Below, in pieces: positions 26,050 through 34,368 of a stretch of 59,758 bases of DNA. Within the stretch, counting starts at the first letter, position 1. The number at the start of each line of letters is the position of its first letter. Source of the stretch: a virus (lineage: Duplodnaviria > Heunggongvirae > Uroviricota > Caudoviricetes); the IMG/VR virus record IMGVR_UViG_3300025310_000004, positions 1-59,758 of that record. One strand, given 5' to 3'. Below the pieces are notes generated by a model that ran no database searches, had not been told where the DNA came from, and saw only the letters and a list, made by a program, of their open reading frames with translations. A program made the translations under genes and the position numbers.

Positions 26050-26292
26050 ATGGCGAACACCGTCAAGACTCGCTACGGGACCATCGACTACCGGCAGGAC
26101 TACCTGTTCGAGCCGGTCGGTCTGGACCTGTTCGATCCCAAGCCGCACCAACCGGAGCCGGGCACCGAGGTCACGCCGATCCGCCCGCCGCACGGGTGCC
26201 CCAACCCCATCCCCATGGGGATGATCTACGTCAACGACGCCGAGACGGGCGAGTTCCGTGGGCTGGTGCTGATCGCCAGCCTCATGGGGTGA
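26050..26292 (+). CDS. Hypothetical protein
   Basis: CGACGAAAGGAG RBS. Confidence 0.7.
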   Translation: MANTVKTRYGTIDYRQDYLFEPVGLDLFDPKPHQPEPGTEVTPIRPPHGCPNPIPMGMIYVNDAETGEFRGLVLIASLMG

Positions 26293-26297
26293 CCGCC

Positions 26298-26495
26298 ATG
26301 GCAGCGATGACCTACAACGAGTGGTACGGCGAGGTGACCGTGGCACTCAACCGGGCACTCAAGCGGTACAACGTCTCCCCCTACGACTACCAGGAGTTGG
26401 AGCACGAGTTCGGGGAAGGGAACTACGACGCCATCCTCGCCGCGGTGAAGCAGCGGAGCACCGACGGCTACTACCGCCCCGCACTCCGCTGGTAG
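26298..26495 (+). CDS. Hypothetical protein
   Basis: Second gene of the cassette. Confidence 0.65.
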   Translation: MAAMTYNEWYGEVTVALNRALKRYNVSPYDYQELEHEFGEGNYDAILAAVKQRSTDGYYRPALRW

Positions 26496-26678
26496 CCGAC
26501 GCCCCGCCCCGTCCCCCCTTCCGGGGCGGGGCTTCGGCCCCCACGACTGGCCGGGTGCGAGGTTCTCGGTAGGCATCGTTCGACAGTAGGGCCGAATGAC
26601 CTATGGACCCCGTACTATCACCCTGCCATACTGGTACTTGCAAGGCACCACGGGGGTGCCAGCAGAAAGGGGATCACC

Positions 26679-26996
26679 ATGATCTATGCACTCTGGTTCG
26701 GCGGGGTGGGCTACGCCCCCGGCGACATGGTGGAGGACCTTGAGTCCTTCCCGTCCCTCGCCGCCGCCAAGGCCGCCCTGTCCGAGCGCTACGCCCGCGG
26801 CTACTCCTTCCGGCAGGACTTCGAGTTCGTCAACCGGGAGCCCGAGTCGGTCTACTGCCCCTGCGTGGAGGACGACTCCCGTATGTGGGTATGGCTCGCC
26901 GCCGACGAGGTGGACGGGGTGACCTACGTCCCCGAGTACCCGGACCGGATCATCGAGTTCGGCCCACGGGGCGGCGTGAACGTCACCGCCGCCTGA
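26679..26996 (+). CDS. Hypothetical protein
   Basis: GAAAGGGG RBS. Confidence 0.7.
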   Translation: MIYALWFGGVGYAPGDMVEDLESFPSLAAAKAALSERYARGYSFRQDFEFVNREPESVYCPCVEDDSRMWVWLAADEVDGVTYVPEYPDRIIEFGPRGGVNVTAA

Positions 26997-27079
26997 CAAC
27001 GTTCCGGGGGTGCCCTCGCGAGGGGGCACCCCTAAGAACGCCTCGCGCGTGCGCTATCGCGTGAGATGTAGGCCCCACA

Positions 27080-27108
27080 CGGCCAGTAGCCCCTACCACC
27101 ACTGGCCG
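27080..27108. repeat. CGGCCAGT-N13-ACTGGCCG dyad
   Basis: Spacer one base longer than usual. Confidence 0.65.
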
Positions 27109-27121
27109 CCACCCCCCCCTC

Positions 27122-27152
27122 AACCCTCAACCTCTACTTGAGGTCGAGGGTT
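27122..27152. repeat. 31-bp palindrome copy
   Basis: AACCCTCAACCTC-TACTT-GAGGTCGAGGGTT. Confidence 0.8.
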
Positions 27153-27180
27153 CGCCCGCGTCACTGGCCGCCCCCGGCCC

Positions 27181-27201
27181 TTGTCCACAGGCTGTGGACA
27201 A
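27181..27201. promoter_or_regulatory. Inverted pair of DnaA boxes
   Basis: TTGTCCACA-GGC-TGTGGACAA. Confidence 0.65.
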
Positions 27202-27223
27202 ACCTGGGGATGACGCACCCCCA

Positions 27224-27273
27224 CCGAATGATCCGAATGACCTATGGACCATGGCGCACCCCACCCCTACTAT
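27224..27273 (+). promoter_or_regulatory. Composite phage promoter of the ardC-like gene
   Basis: CCGAATGATCCGAATGACCTATGG, TGGCGCACC-N7-TACTAT. Confidence 0.75.
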
Positions 27274-27320
27274 GTACCCCATGAGGTCGCCACGGGGGCG
27301 GCCCTAGAAAGGGGAACACC

Positions 27321-28184
27321 ATGAGCACCGATGAGGCACGGCAGGCACTCGACACGCTGCACGCGAGCATCGCGAAGATCACCGACTCCGACGCCTGGCG
27401 CGAGCACCTGGCGGTGCAGGCCCGGTTCCACGACTACAGCCCGCTCAACATCATGTGGATGTGGTGCCAGTGGGAGGCCCGCCGCGCCGAGAACCCCGAC
27501 CTGCCGGAGTTCTCCCAGCCCGCAGCGTTCTCCGCCTGGAAGGACCTGGGTCGCCACGTCCGCAAGGGCGAGAAGGCCCTGAGCGTTCTCGCTCCCATCA
27601 TCGTCACCGACCGCGAGAACCTGGGTCCCGACGGCAAGCCGCGGACCAAGTGCGTCGGGTTCCGCGTGAAGCGGCGCACGTTCGATGTGGCGCAGACTGA
27701 GGGCGACCCCCTCCCCGAGAACCCCGCCATGCCGTCGCTGCTGACGGGCGAGGGCGACCCCGCCACCTGGGAGGCCCTGGTGGCGCACGCCGCGACCCTG
27801 GGGTGCACGGTGCAGGTCACCGACGCCTGCCAGCCCGCGAACGGGGACTACAGCCGGGCGACGGGGCTGATCCGCGTGGCCGAGAGCCTGGACCACGCGC
27901 AGCAGGTCAAGACCCTGCTGCACGAGGTGGCGCACGCCACGCTGCACAGTGGCGACACCGACCTGAGCCGGGCCGAGAAAGAGGTCGAGGCCGAGAGCAC
28001 CGCTTTCGTGGTCGCCGCCCTGCTGGGGTTCGACACCGCGGCCTACAGCGTCGGCTACGTCGCCACCTGGGCGAGCCGGGACGACCATGGCGAGTGCCTG
28101 CGGCGCACGACTGAGCGAGTCGTGAAGGCCGCCCGCACCATCGCCGCAGCCCTGGCGCAGCACCCCGCCACGCTGGCAGCCTGA
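27321..28184 (+). CDS. ardC: ArdC-like antirestriction ssDNA-binding protein with a HEXXH domain
   Basis: RFHDYSPLN, W..LGR.VRKGEKA, FDV.QT.G, LLHEVAH, E.EAES.AFVV, YS.GYV.TW. Confidence 0.85.
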   Translation: MSTDEARQALDTLHASIAKITDSDAWREHLAVQARFHDYSPLNIMWMWCQWEARRAENPDLPEFSQPAAFSAWKDLGRHVRKGEKALSVLAPIIVTDRENLGPDGKPRTKCVGFRVKRRTFDVAQTEGDPLPENPAMPSLLTGEGDPATWEALVAHAATLGCTVQVTDACQPANGDYSRATGLIRVAESLDHAQQVKTLLHEVAHATLHSGDTDLSRAEKEVEAESTAFVVAALLGFDTAAYSVGYVATWASRDDHGECLRRTTERVVKAARTIAAALAQHPATLAA

Positions 28185-28225
28185 GGGCGAGGGGCGGTCC
28201 GAACCTGGGCCGCCCCTCAACCCTC

Positions 28226-28256
28226 AACCCTCAACCTCAAGTAGAGGTCGAGGGTT
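28226..28256. repeat. 31-bp palindrome copy
   Basis: AACCCTCAACCTC-AAGTA-GAGGTCGAGGGTT. Confidence 0.8.
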
Positions 28257-28465
28257 TGGGGCCTGGGTGGGCCAGTCGAGCCCTGCGCCGGGCCAGTCAG
28301 ACCTGGGGGATGGTGAACCCGGCGGTCGCCCCCTGGTCGAGCGGGACGCCCCCAGGGGATCGCCTCGGAGAACGGGCCATACGACCCACTTGACGGGTAG
28401 GTTGTATCATAGGCTACGATGGCGACACGCCAACAGGGGCGAGCAACCCGAAGGGGGTGACCAAC

Positions 28466-28660
28466 ATGAGCAAGCGCAAGCGCAAGCCACAGAAGGCAGG
28501 CACCGTGGCCGAGACGGTCACCTTCATGCGCCGCCAGAACCGCGAGGCCATCGTGGCCGACATGCGGGAGGGGCGGGTGCAGAAGGCTCACACCTTCACC
28601 GATCGCAAGCGCGAGGCACGCCGCACGGCCTGCCGGGGGAAGTTCTCCCCGGCAGACTGA
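28466..28660 (+). CDS. Small basic protein
   Basis: GAAGGGGG RBS, K/R-rich. Confidence 0.65.
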   Translation: MSKRKRKPQKAGTVAETVTFMRRQNREAIVADMREGRVQKAHTFTDRKREARRTACRGKFSPAD

Positions 28661-28940
28661 GCGCAAGACCGAGGGCGGTCCACGTTCCGCCCAGGGGGAA
28701 CCCTCCTGATGGCCGCACCGCTTCGGCGGGGGGCAAGTGTAGGGAGGGAGGTCGAGCAACCCCGAAGCCCCCGGAGGGTCGCGAACCTCCGGGGGTGAAC
28801 GTGGCCGACGTGACTGGCCGCCCGCCCCGGCGCACGGTCCGAAGATGGTCCGAACGGCCTATAGTACGGGATGGCGTAGACGTGCCATACTGTCACCACG
28901 GCAACGCACGGGGCGGGGCCACCGACGAAAGGGGAACTAC

Positions 28941-29228
28941 ATGAGCATGATCGTCACCGGGGGAATCATCGACACCTCCCGGCTCCGGGCACTCGCTGCC
29001 GCATGGCACTCGGGCATGTCCTCGCCGCTCTACGCGCTGGCGTCCTCCGGGGCCATCGTGGACGGCATCGAACGCGAGGTGGAGGAAGCCATCGCGGACG
29101 CCGAGCGGTTCGGCACCACCGACCCGGACTACGCCGCCGACGTGGTGCCCCTGCGCCACCTGCTGACCTACGTCCGACACCACGGCCCGCGCGGCCCGGT
29201 GGAGGGGTGGAGCGACATCCGCTTCTGA
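28941..29228 (+). CDS. Actinophage hypothetical protein
   Basis: WHSGMSSPLYALASSG motif, strong RBS. Confidence 0.7.
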   Translation: MSMIVTGGIIDTSRLRALAAAWHSGMSSPLYALASSGAIVDGIEREVEEAIADAERFGTTDPDYAADVVPLRHLLTYVRHHGPRGPVEGWSDIRF

Positions 29229-29425
29229 GAACGTGGGCGGGAGCAATACCGGGGGTCGCTCCCTCGGGGCGAGGGTCGCCACCTCGCCGGGGCCGTGAGC
29301 GCCCCGCAACCTCCCGCCCTCGCTCGCCGCCTCGCCGCCCTGAGAACGCCTCGGGCGCGTCTGACGCGGGGCACCCTGAGAACGCCTCGGGCGCGGCTGC
29401 CGCGCATATGGCGGGACGCCCCCTG

Positions 29426-29485
29426 CGGCCAGTGGCCGCCCTACTACTGGCCGCACCCCGCCCCCGGAGGCCGAACGGGTGTTCG
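29426..29485. promoter_or_regulatory. 8-12-8 dyad followed by an SOS box
   Basis: Dyad 29426-29453, CGAAC-GGGT-GTTCG 29472-29485. Confidence 0.75.
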
Positions 29486-29506
29486 TGAGTCTGTCGGCCC
29501 CCCACC

Positions 29507-29554
29507 GAATGATCCATCTGGCCTATGGTCAGTGTCGCACCCGTCCTGTATCGT
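29507..29554 (+). promoter_or_regulatory. Composite phage promoter
   Basis: Upstream box plus TGTCGCACC-N7-TATCGT. Confidence 0.75.
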
Positions 29555-29603
29555 TCTCCCCATCGGTGCCACGGGGGCACCGCCGACGAAAGGGGGCCAC
29601 CCT

Positions 29604-29867
29604 ATGGCCGAATCCGAGAGCCGATCCGAGCGGGCGATGTTCGCCGCCGTCTGGGTACTGATCGCGTTCGCCCTGTTCTACTTCGGGGCGCACGTCGTGA
29701 TCGCCGTGCACCGCGGGACCTTCCCGCCCGAGCCGCGCCCGGTGCCCGAGTGCACCGTCTGGGAGGATGGCTCCGCCCGGTGCACCCTGCCGCCCTCGCA
29801 ATGGGTCCCGGCAGGCACCACCCTGAGCGGGTGCAGCGACGACCCTGCCGCCCTCTGCCACGACTGA
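29604..29867 (+). CDS. Small membrane protein
   Basis: One N-terminal TM helix, strong RBS. Confidence 0.7.
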   Translation: MAESESRSERAMFAAVWVLIAFALFYFGAHVVIAVHRGTFPPEPRPVPECTVWEDGSARCTLPPSQWVPAGTTLSGCSDDPAALCHD

Positions 29868-29943
29868 GGCCCGCCCGCCCTCCCCACCAGGGGGGCGGGT
29901 GCGCCCCTGCACTGGCCGCTCCCTCGCCTCGCCGGACGAGGAA

Positions 29944-29989
29944 GGGCCGAATGGCCTATGGAGTTCCTGTCACACCTGACCGATACTAT
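29944..29989 (+). promoter_or_regulatory. Composite phage promoter
   Basis: GGGCCGAATGGCCTATGG, TGTCACACC-N7-TACTAT. Confidence 0.8.
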
Positions 29990-30039
29990 ACCTATGAGCG
30001 GGCCGCACGGGGCGGCCCACCGGCACCACCTGAGAGGGG

Positions 30040-30228
30040 GTGAGCATGGTCAGCACCACCGCAGTCGTCACGCTGTCGGACGGTACCCAGGTCGGGATCA
30101 CCGTCACCGATGGCGAGGTGACCTGGGTGGCGGAGCGCCCGACGCCGGGCGCATCCTGGGGACCGCCTCTGCGGCGTCAGGATGAGGAGTGGCGTCACGA
30201 GCGCGACACCTTCGCCATCCGCGACTGA
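30040..30228 (+). CDS. Hypothetical protein
   Basis: GAGGGGG RBS. Confidence 0.65.
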   Translation: MSMVSTTAVVTLSDGTQVGITVTDGEVTWVAERPTPGASWGPPLRRQDEEWRHERDTFAIRD

Positions 30229-30435
30229 ATCGGATTCGGCCCCCGCCGGGGGGGTGGCAACAGAAACCCCGGCCCCCTCAGGGGGGATCATCTCCTCAGC
30301 GTTGCGCGACGCGATCCGGCACCGCGCACCCTGAATCACACAGTGAGGCGGTTCGACTCCGCCGCCCGAGGGGGACCCGGTTGGTCACTGTGCAGGGGCC
30401 GGGGTAGGGAGGTGGTCCCCCCTGAGGGGTGCGGT

Positions 30436-30463
30436 CGGCCAGTGCGGCCCTGGGAACTGGCCG
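30436..30463. repeat. CGGCCAGT-N12-ACTGGCCG dyad
   Basis: Exact match. Confidence 0.75.
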
Positions 30464-30704
30464 CCCTGGGCCTGGGGTGGACGGGGGAGAGGTCGCCCCC
30501 TCCCCCGTCGCCCTCTGTTGCGGCGGTGCCGCTAGTGGGTAGCACCCTCTCTCCGGGCGGGGCCAGCCGCCCACGTCCTGGCCGACGTGAGTGCTCGTCT
30601 GTTGCACCGAGGCTCCTACTTGAGAGTGATACCGCCCACTAGGGGCACCCCCTGAGGGGTGGGGGAGTTCTGTTGCCGCGCCTCCCCCGTGCGCCGAGTC
30701 TGAG

Positions 30705-30872
30705 TCAGTCCTGAGCCTGAGCGGCTACGGCGGCCCGCCGCGCCTTCGCCGCGGCCCGCTGCGCCCCCCGACGCTCCTGCCGACGCTTGTCGGCCGCAGC
30801 GTTCCGCTCGTCCCGCTTGTCGCGGAAGTCGGTGCGGGTGGCTCGCTCCATGTTGAGCGATCCCTGTGCCAT
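30705..30872 (-). CDS. Small basic protein (55 aa, not in the ORF track)
   Basis: MAQGSLNMERATRTDFRDKRDER..., GAAGGGGG RBS. Confidence 0.6.
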   Translation of the reverse strand: MAQGSLNMERATRTDFRDKRDERNAAADKRRQERRGAQRAAAKARRAAVAAQAQD

Positions 30873-30996
30873 CTGTTCACCCCCTTCGGGTGTCCCTTCC
30901 CCGGCGGCCCCGTGCCGTCGTGGTATGTATGTATTATCGGCCCTGCCACCGAGGAAGTGAATAGGTCATTCGGATCATATCTCGGGGGGCCGACAC

Positions 30997-31082
30997 CGAA
31001 CGGGTGTTCGAGGGCGTGCCCCCGGCCAGTTCGCCCCCCAGCACTGGCCGACCTGGGCCTCTGCGGGCCGAACACGCGTTCG
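30997..31082. promoter_or_regulatory. SOS box, 8-12-8 dyad and second SOS box between divergent promoters
   Basis: CGAAC-N4-GTTCG at 30997 and 31069, dyad at 31023-31050. Confidence 0.75.
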
Positions 31083-31094
31083 CCCGGCAAGGTA

Positions 31095-31137
31095 GGGCCG
31101 AATGGCCTATGGTACTGTCGTACCCGTTTGATACTAT
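31095..31137 (+). promoter_or_regulatory. Composite phage promoter
   Basis: Upstream box plus TGTCGTACC-N7-TACTAT. Confidence 0.7.
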
Positions 31138-31183
31138 GTCCCTGTCGGGCCGCACGGGGCGGCCGACAGAAGGGAGACTCACC

Positions 31184-31369
31184 ATGGCAACGCTCACCGC
31201 AGACGAGAAGCGCGAGGCCATCGCCCACGCTCGGGGCTTCGAGATCGAGGACCTTGAGGAAGCGATGATGGACGGAGGGATCGAGACGGCAGACGGCTGC
31301 TGGGTCGAGCCGGACGGGCGGTGCGCCCACGGGTACCCCTCCCCCCTCCGCATCCTCGGCTACATCTGA
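31184..31369 (+). CDS. Conserved small phage protein
   Basis: CWVEPDGRCAHGYPSPL..LG.I. Confidence 0.7.
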   Translation: MATLTADEKREAIAHARGFEIEDLEEAMMDGGIETADGCWVEPDGRCAHGYPSPLRILGYI

Positions 31370-31428
31370 GCCGCACGGGGTCGGCCCTACGGGGTCGGCC
31401 CCATCGGCGCGCCCGCCGACGCCCTGGG

Positions 31429-31490
31429 CGGCCAATTCCCCCGCCACCACTGGCCGCAGCCCGGCCCTGCGGCGGCCGAACGCCTGTTCG
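31429..31490. promoter_or_regulatory. Imperfect 8-12-8 dyad and an SOS box
   Basis: CGGCCAAT-N12-ACTGGCCG, CGAAC-GCCT-GTTCG at 31477. Confidence 0.7.
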
Positions 31491-31714
31491 ATCGTCGGCC
31501 CCGTCGGATATGATCCGAATGGCCTACTTGACGTACCGGCCCCGTACTATAGGATTGGCTCATACCCGCTGGGAAGCGGCACCGGCCCTAGATGCAGCGT
31601 GGCGGTTTGGCACCGCAGACCAAAGGCCAGCAATCGCAACATGCGACCATGAGGCGGCCCCACGGGGGGGCGGCCCTGAGTGCACCGAAAGGGGGTGAAC
31701 ATAAGGGGATCAAC

Positions 31715-31918
31715 ATGGACTTCACGGTCTGGGCACTCAAGGGCGACGGCACCGCCGAGGTGGTGGCCGAAGGGGTGGACGGCGAGCGCGCCGAGTCCAT
31801 CGCTCGACACCCGTCGCTGAGCGGTTGTCGGGTGGCGGTGCTGCCGACCTGGGCGGCGGGGCCGGTCCCCACGTCCCCGGCGGTGCTGGCCGCCATGGCG
31901 GCCGAGCGGGGCAACTGA
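31715..31918 (+). CDS. Hypothetical protein
   Basis: AAGGGG RBS. Confidence 0.6.
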   Translation: MDFTVWALKGDGTAEVVAEGVDGERAESIARHPSLSGCRVAVLPTWAAGPVPTSPAVLAAMAAERGN

Positions 31919-31977
31919 GCCCCGCCGAGGTCCCGCCCCTCACGGGGGGCGGGGCTTCGCCGCGCCCGCACTGGCCG

Positions 31978-32073
31978 AACCCTCAACCTCAACCTGAGGT
32001 TGAGACTCGCAACCCTCAACCTCAACTAGACGTTGAGGGTTGGCCAGTTACCCCTGGACCGAACGGGTGTTCG
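31978..32073. repeat. Two palindrome copies and an SOS box
   Basis: AACCCTCAACCTC units at 31978 and about 32012, SOS box 32060-32073. Confidence 0.75.
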
Positions 32074-32084
32074 GCCCGAAAGTT

Positions 32085-32130
32085 GGGCCGAATGACCTAT
32101 TCACTTCCTGTCACGGGTGACCGATACTAT
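32085..32130 (+). promoter_or_regulatory. Composite phage promoter
   Basis: Upstream box plus TGTCACGGG-N7-TACTAT. Confidence 0.7.
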
Positions 32131-32174
32131 ACATGTGAGGCCGCCACGGGGGTGGCCCACCGAAAGGGGAAGTC

Positions 32175-32387
32175 ATGCACGGGAGCATCACCACCGAGCC
32201 GATGGGCGAGGCGCACAAGGTCGAGAAGTTCGACCACCGCCCCGACCGGACCGAGCGGGAGCGGGCGAGCAAGGCCCGCCGACAGGGCCGACGGGCCGAC
32301 CGCCGGACCGCCGCCCGCCGCCGCTACGAGGATGAGCAGCGGGGGGCCGACCTCATGGCTCGCCGCCACGGGGTCACCGCCGACTGA
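32175..32387 (+). CDS. Small Arg-rich protein
   Basis: GAAAGGGG RBS. Confidence 0.65.
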   Translation: MHGSITTEPMGEAHKVEKFDHRPDRTERERASKARRQGRRADRRTAARRRYEDEQRGADLMARRHGVTAD

Positions 32388-32485
32388 GGCCCGCCACCGG
32401 GGGCACCCCACGGGGTGCCCCTTCGGCGCGCCCGCCCACGGCACTGGCCGCCCGCCCCGCCCGCCCGAGCGGCCCGCCGAACTTA

Positions 32486-32528
32486 GGGCCGAATGGCCTA
32501 TGTACCTGTCGCACCGTTCCTGTATGAT
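32486..32528 (+). promoter_or_regulatory. Composite phage promoter
   Basis: Upstream box plus TGTCGCACC-N7-TATGAT. Confidence 0.8.
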
Positions 32529-32575
32529 CTACTCAAGAGGTCGCCACGGGGGCGGCCGCCACGAAAGGGGTCACC

Positions 32576-32752
32576 ATGACTCGCAAGGACTTCACCGCCA
32601 TCGCCCAGATCATCGCCGAGGTGCCCGAGCAGGGCGCAGGGCCGGAGTGGCTGGCGAGCGCCTTCGCCGCCTTCCTCGCCGGGACGAACCCCCGGTTCGA
32701 CCGGGACCGCTTCATGCGGGCCTGTGGCGTCGGCCACCTCGCGGACAACTGA
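32576..32752 (+). CDS. Conserved small phage protein (58 aa, not in the ORF track)
   Basis: MTRKDF.AIA...NPRFDRDRF..ACG. Confidence 0.75.
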   Translation: MTRKDFTAIAQIIAEVPEQGAGPEWLASAFAAFLAGTNPRFDRDRFMRACGVGHLADN

Positions 32753-32817
32753 GCCGCCCGCCACGGGGCCGCCCTTCGGGGCGGCCCTTCGGCGCGCCCC
32801 GCCCCCGGCACTGGCCG

Positions 32818-32848
32818 AACCCTCACCCTCCACCCGAGGTTGAGGGTT
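32818..32848. repeat. 31-bp palindrome copy
   Basis: AACCCTCACCCTC-CACCC-GAGGTTGAGGGTT. Confidence 0.7.
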
Positions 32849-32982
32849 GCGTTCTCACTGGCCGCCCGCCCGACCTTGGGGCAGGTAGGGCCGAATGACC
32901 TATGGACCCCCTACTATCACTCGTGCCATGATGAGGGCACGAGGTCGCCACGGGGGCGGCCCGCAACCCGAAGGGGACCACC

Positions 32983-33216
32983 ATGACCACCTACGCCTAC
33001 GACGTGGCCGAGATTTCGGCCGCCTGCCGCCTCTGCGGCGACGTGCACTTCGCCATCGTGGCCGAGGCCGATTTCGTCCGGTTCTACTGCGAGGGCGAAC
33101 TCGTGCAGGTCGCCTTCCCCGAGGCCACGCCCGAGGTGCGCGAGATCGCCATGGCCTACCGGCCGAACGGCTACTACGTCTGCCCCGCCTGCTGGGAGGC
33201 CATGGGCGACGAGTGA
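32983..33216 (+). CDS. Small Zn-finger protein
   Basis: CRLC...CPACW, strong RBS. Confidence 0.7.
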   Translation: MTTYAYDVAEISAACRLCGDVHFAIVAEADFVRFYCEGELVQVAFPEATPEVREIAMAYRPNGYYVCPACWEAMGDE

Positions 33217-33459
33217 CCGCCCGCCACGGGGGCACCCCACGGGGTGCCCCTTCGGCGCGCCTACCACCCTCAACCCTCAACCCTCACCCTCAACCTCAGG
33301 TCGAGGGTCGGAGGCCCCCGGCGGCCAGTCCATAGGGTCTAGAGGCATGGCACCGGCCAGTCGAACTAGGCCCCGGCCAGTCGAATGCCCCTCTCCTCTC
33401 GCAACGCGTGACGCGTGTAGGGGCAGGGGGTCGAACCCCCCGCCCCCCTCGCGCTCGCC

Positions 33460-33678
33460 TCAGTCGTAGAGGCTCACGCTCAGTTCCCACGCCCGGAGCC
33501 ACGACTCCATCGTGGGGCACAGGTCCTTCGCCTCCCACCACAGGACCTCCATGGCGGCGGTGTCCTCGGCGTCATCGCCGTAGGTGTCGAGCACCCAGGA
33601 CGACGCGAGAGCGTGGAGGGCGAGCAGGCTCGCCGCCCCGAGCAGGTTGTCCAGGGTGGTGGGCTGGGTGGTGTCCAT
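33460..33678 (-). CDS. Hypothetical protein
   Basis: GAAAGGGG RBS, promoter at 33726-33747. Confidence 0.7.
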   Translation of the reverse strand: MDTTQPTTLDNLLGAASLLALHALASSWVLDTYGDDAEDTAAMEVLWWEAKDLCPTMESWLRAWELSVSLYD

Positions 33679-33725
33679 CGTGGTCCCCTTTCGGTCGAGC
33701 ACCCCCGTGGTGCTCGCTTACAGAC

Positions 33726-33747
33726 ATAGTATCGGCAGGGTGTGACA
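33726..33747 (-). promoter_or_regulatory. Phage promoter TGTCACACC-N7-TACTAT
   Basis: Recurrent motif. Confidence 0.8.
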
Positions 33748-33787
33748 GGAACTTGAGCCATCCGCCGAAGATGTGCCGAACGGCCTA

Positions 33788-33981
33788 CGAACATCCGTTC
33801 GCCCCCTCCGACCGAACGGGTGTTCGGTCGCCGCCCGACGGTACTGGCCGCAACCCTCAACCTGGGGTCGAGGGTTGGTCGAACCCTCACCCTCAACTAG
33901 AGGTTGAGAGTTTGCGGCGAACTGGCCGCCGCCCCCCTCCGGTGGCGCAGACCGAACGGCTGTTCGCCGAACGGCTGTTCG
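33788..33981. promoter_or_regulatory. Four SOS boxes around palindrome copies
   Basis: CGAAC-N4-GTTCG at 33788, 33813, 33953, 33968; AACCCTC palindromes at 33851-33912. Confidence 0.8.
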
Positions 33982-34021
33982 TGGTCCGAACGGATCATTC
34001 GCACCGGATCGCTCAAGTTCC

Positions 34022-34043
34022 TGTCACACCGGGCCGATACTAT
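34022..34043 (+). promoter_or_regulatory. Phage promoter TGTCACACC-N7-TACTAT
   Basis: Recurrent motif. Confidence 0.8.
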
Positions 34044-34086
34044 GACTGTGAGGCCGCCACGGGGGTGGCCGACGAAGGGAGACACC

Positions 34087-34272
34087 ATGGACCCGAACGC
34101 TGCACTCCGCAACATGCGCGAGGCCATCTCGCGCACCTGGGAGGCCGAGGGCGAGGCCGACCGCCTCGCTGCGGCCGAGGACCTCGCCGTTGCGGCCGAG
34201 GCCCTGGACTCGTGGCTCAGCACCGGGGGCTTCCTCCCCTCCGGCTGGGCTGCGGCCGAACCGGCCGCCTGA
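34087..34272 (+). CDS. Conserved actinophage small protein
   Basis: MDPNAAL...ALDSWLS.GGFLP..W. Confidence 0.8.
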   Translation: MDPNAALRNMREAISRTWEAEGEADRLAAAEDLAVAAEALDSWLSTGGFLPSGWAAAEPAA

Positions 34273-34337
34273 GTCCAACCCTCAACCGGGGCGCCCCCCT
34301 CAACCGGGGGCGCTTCGGCGCGCCCGCCCTAAGAACG

Positions 34338-34368
34338 AACCCTCGACCTCAACTTGAGGTTGAGGGTT
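34338..34368. repeat. 31-bp palindrome copy
   Basis: AACCCTCGACCTC-AACTT-GAGGTTGAGGGTT. Confidence 0.8.
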
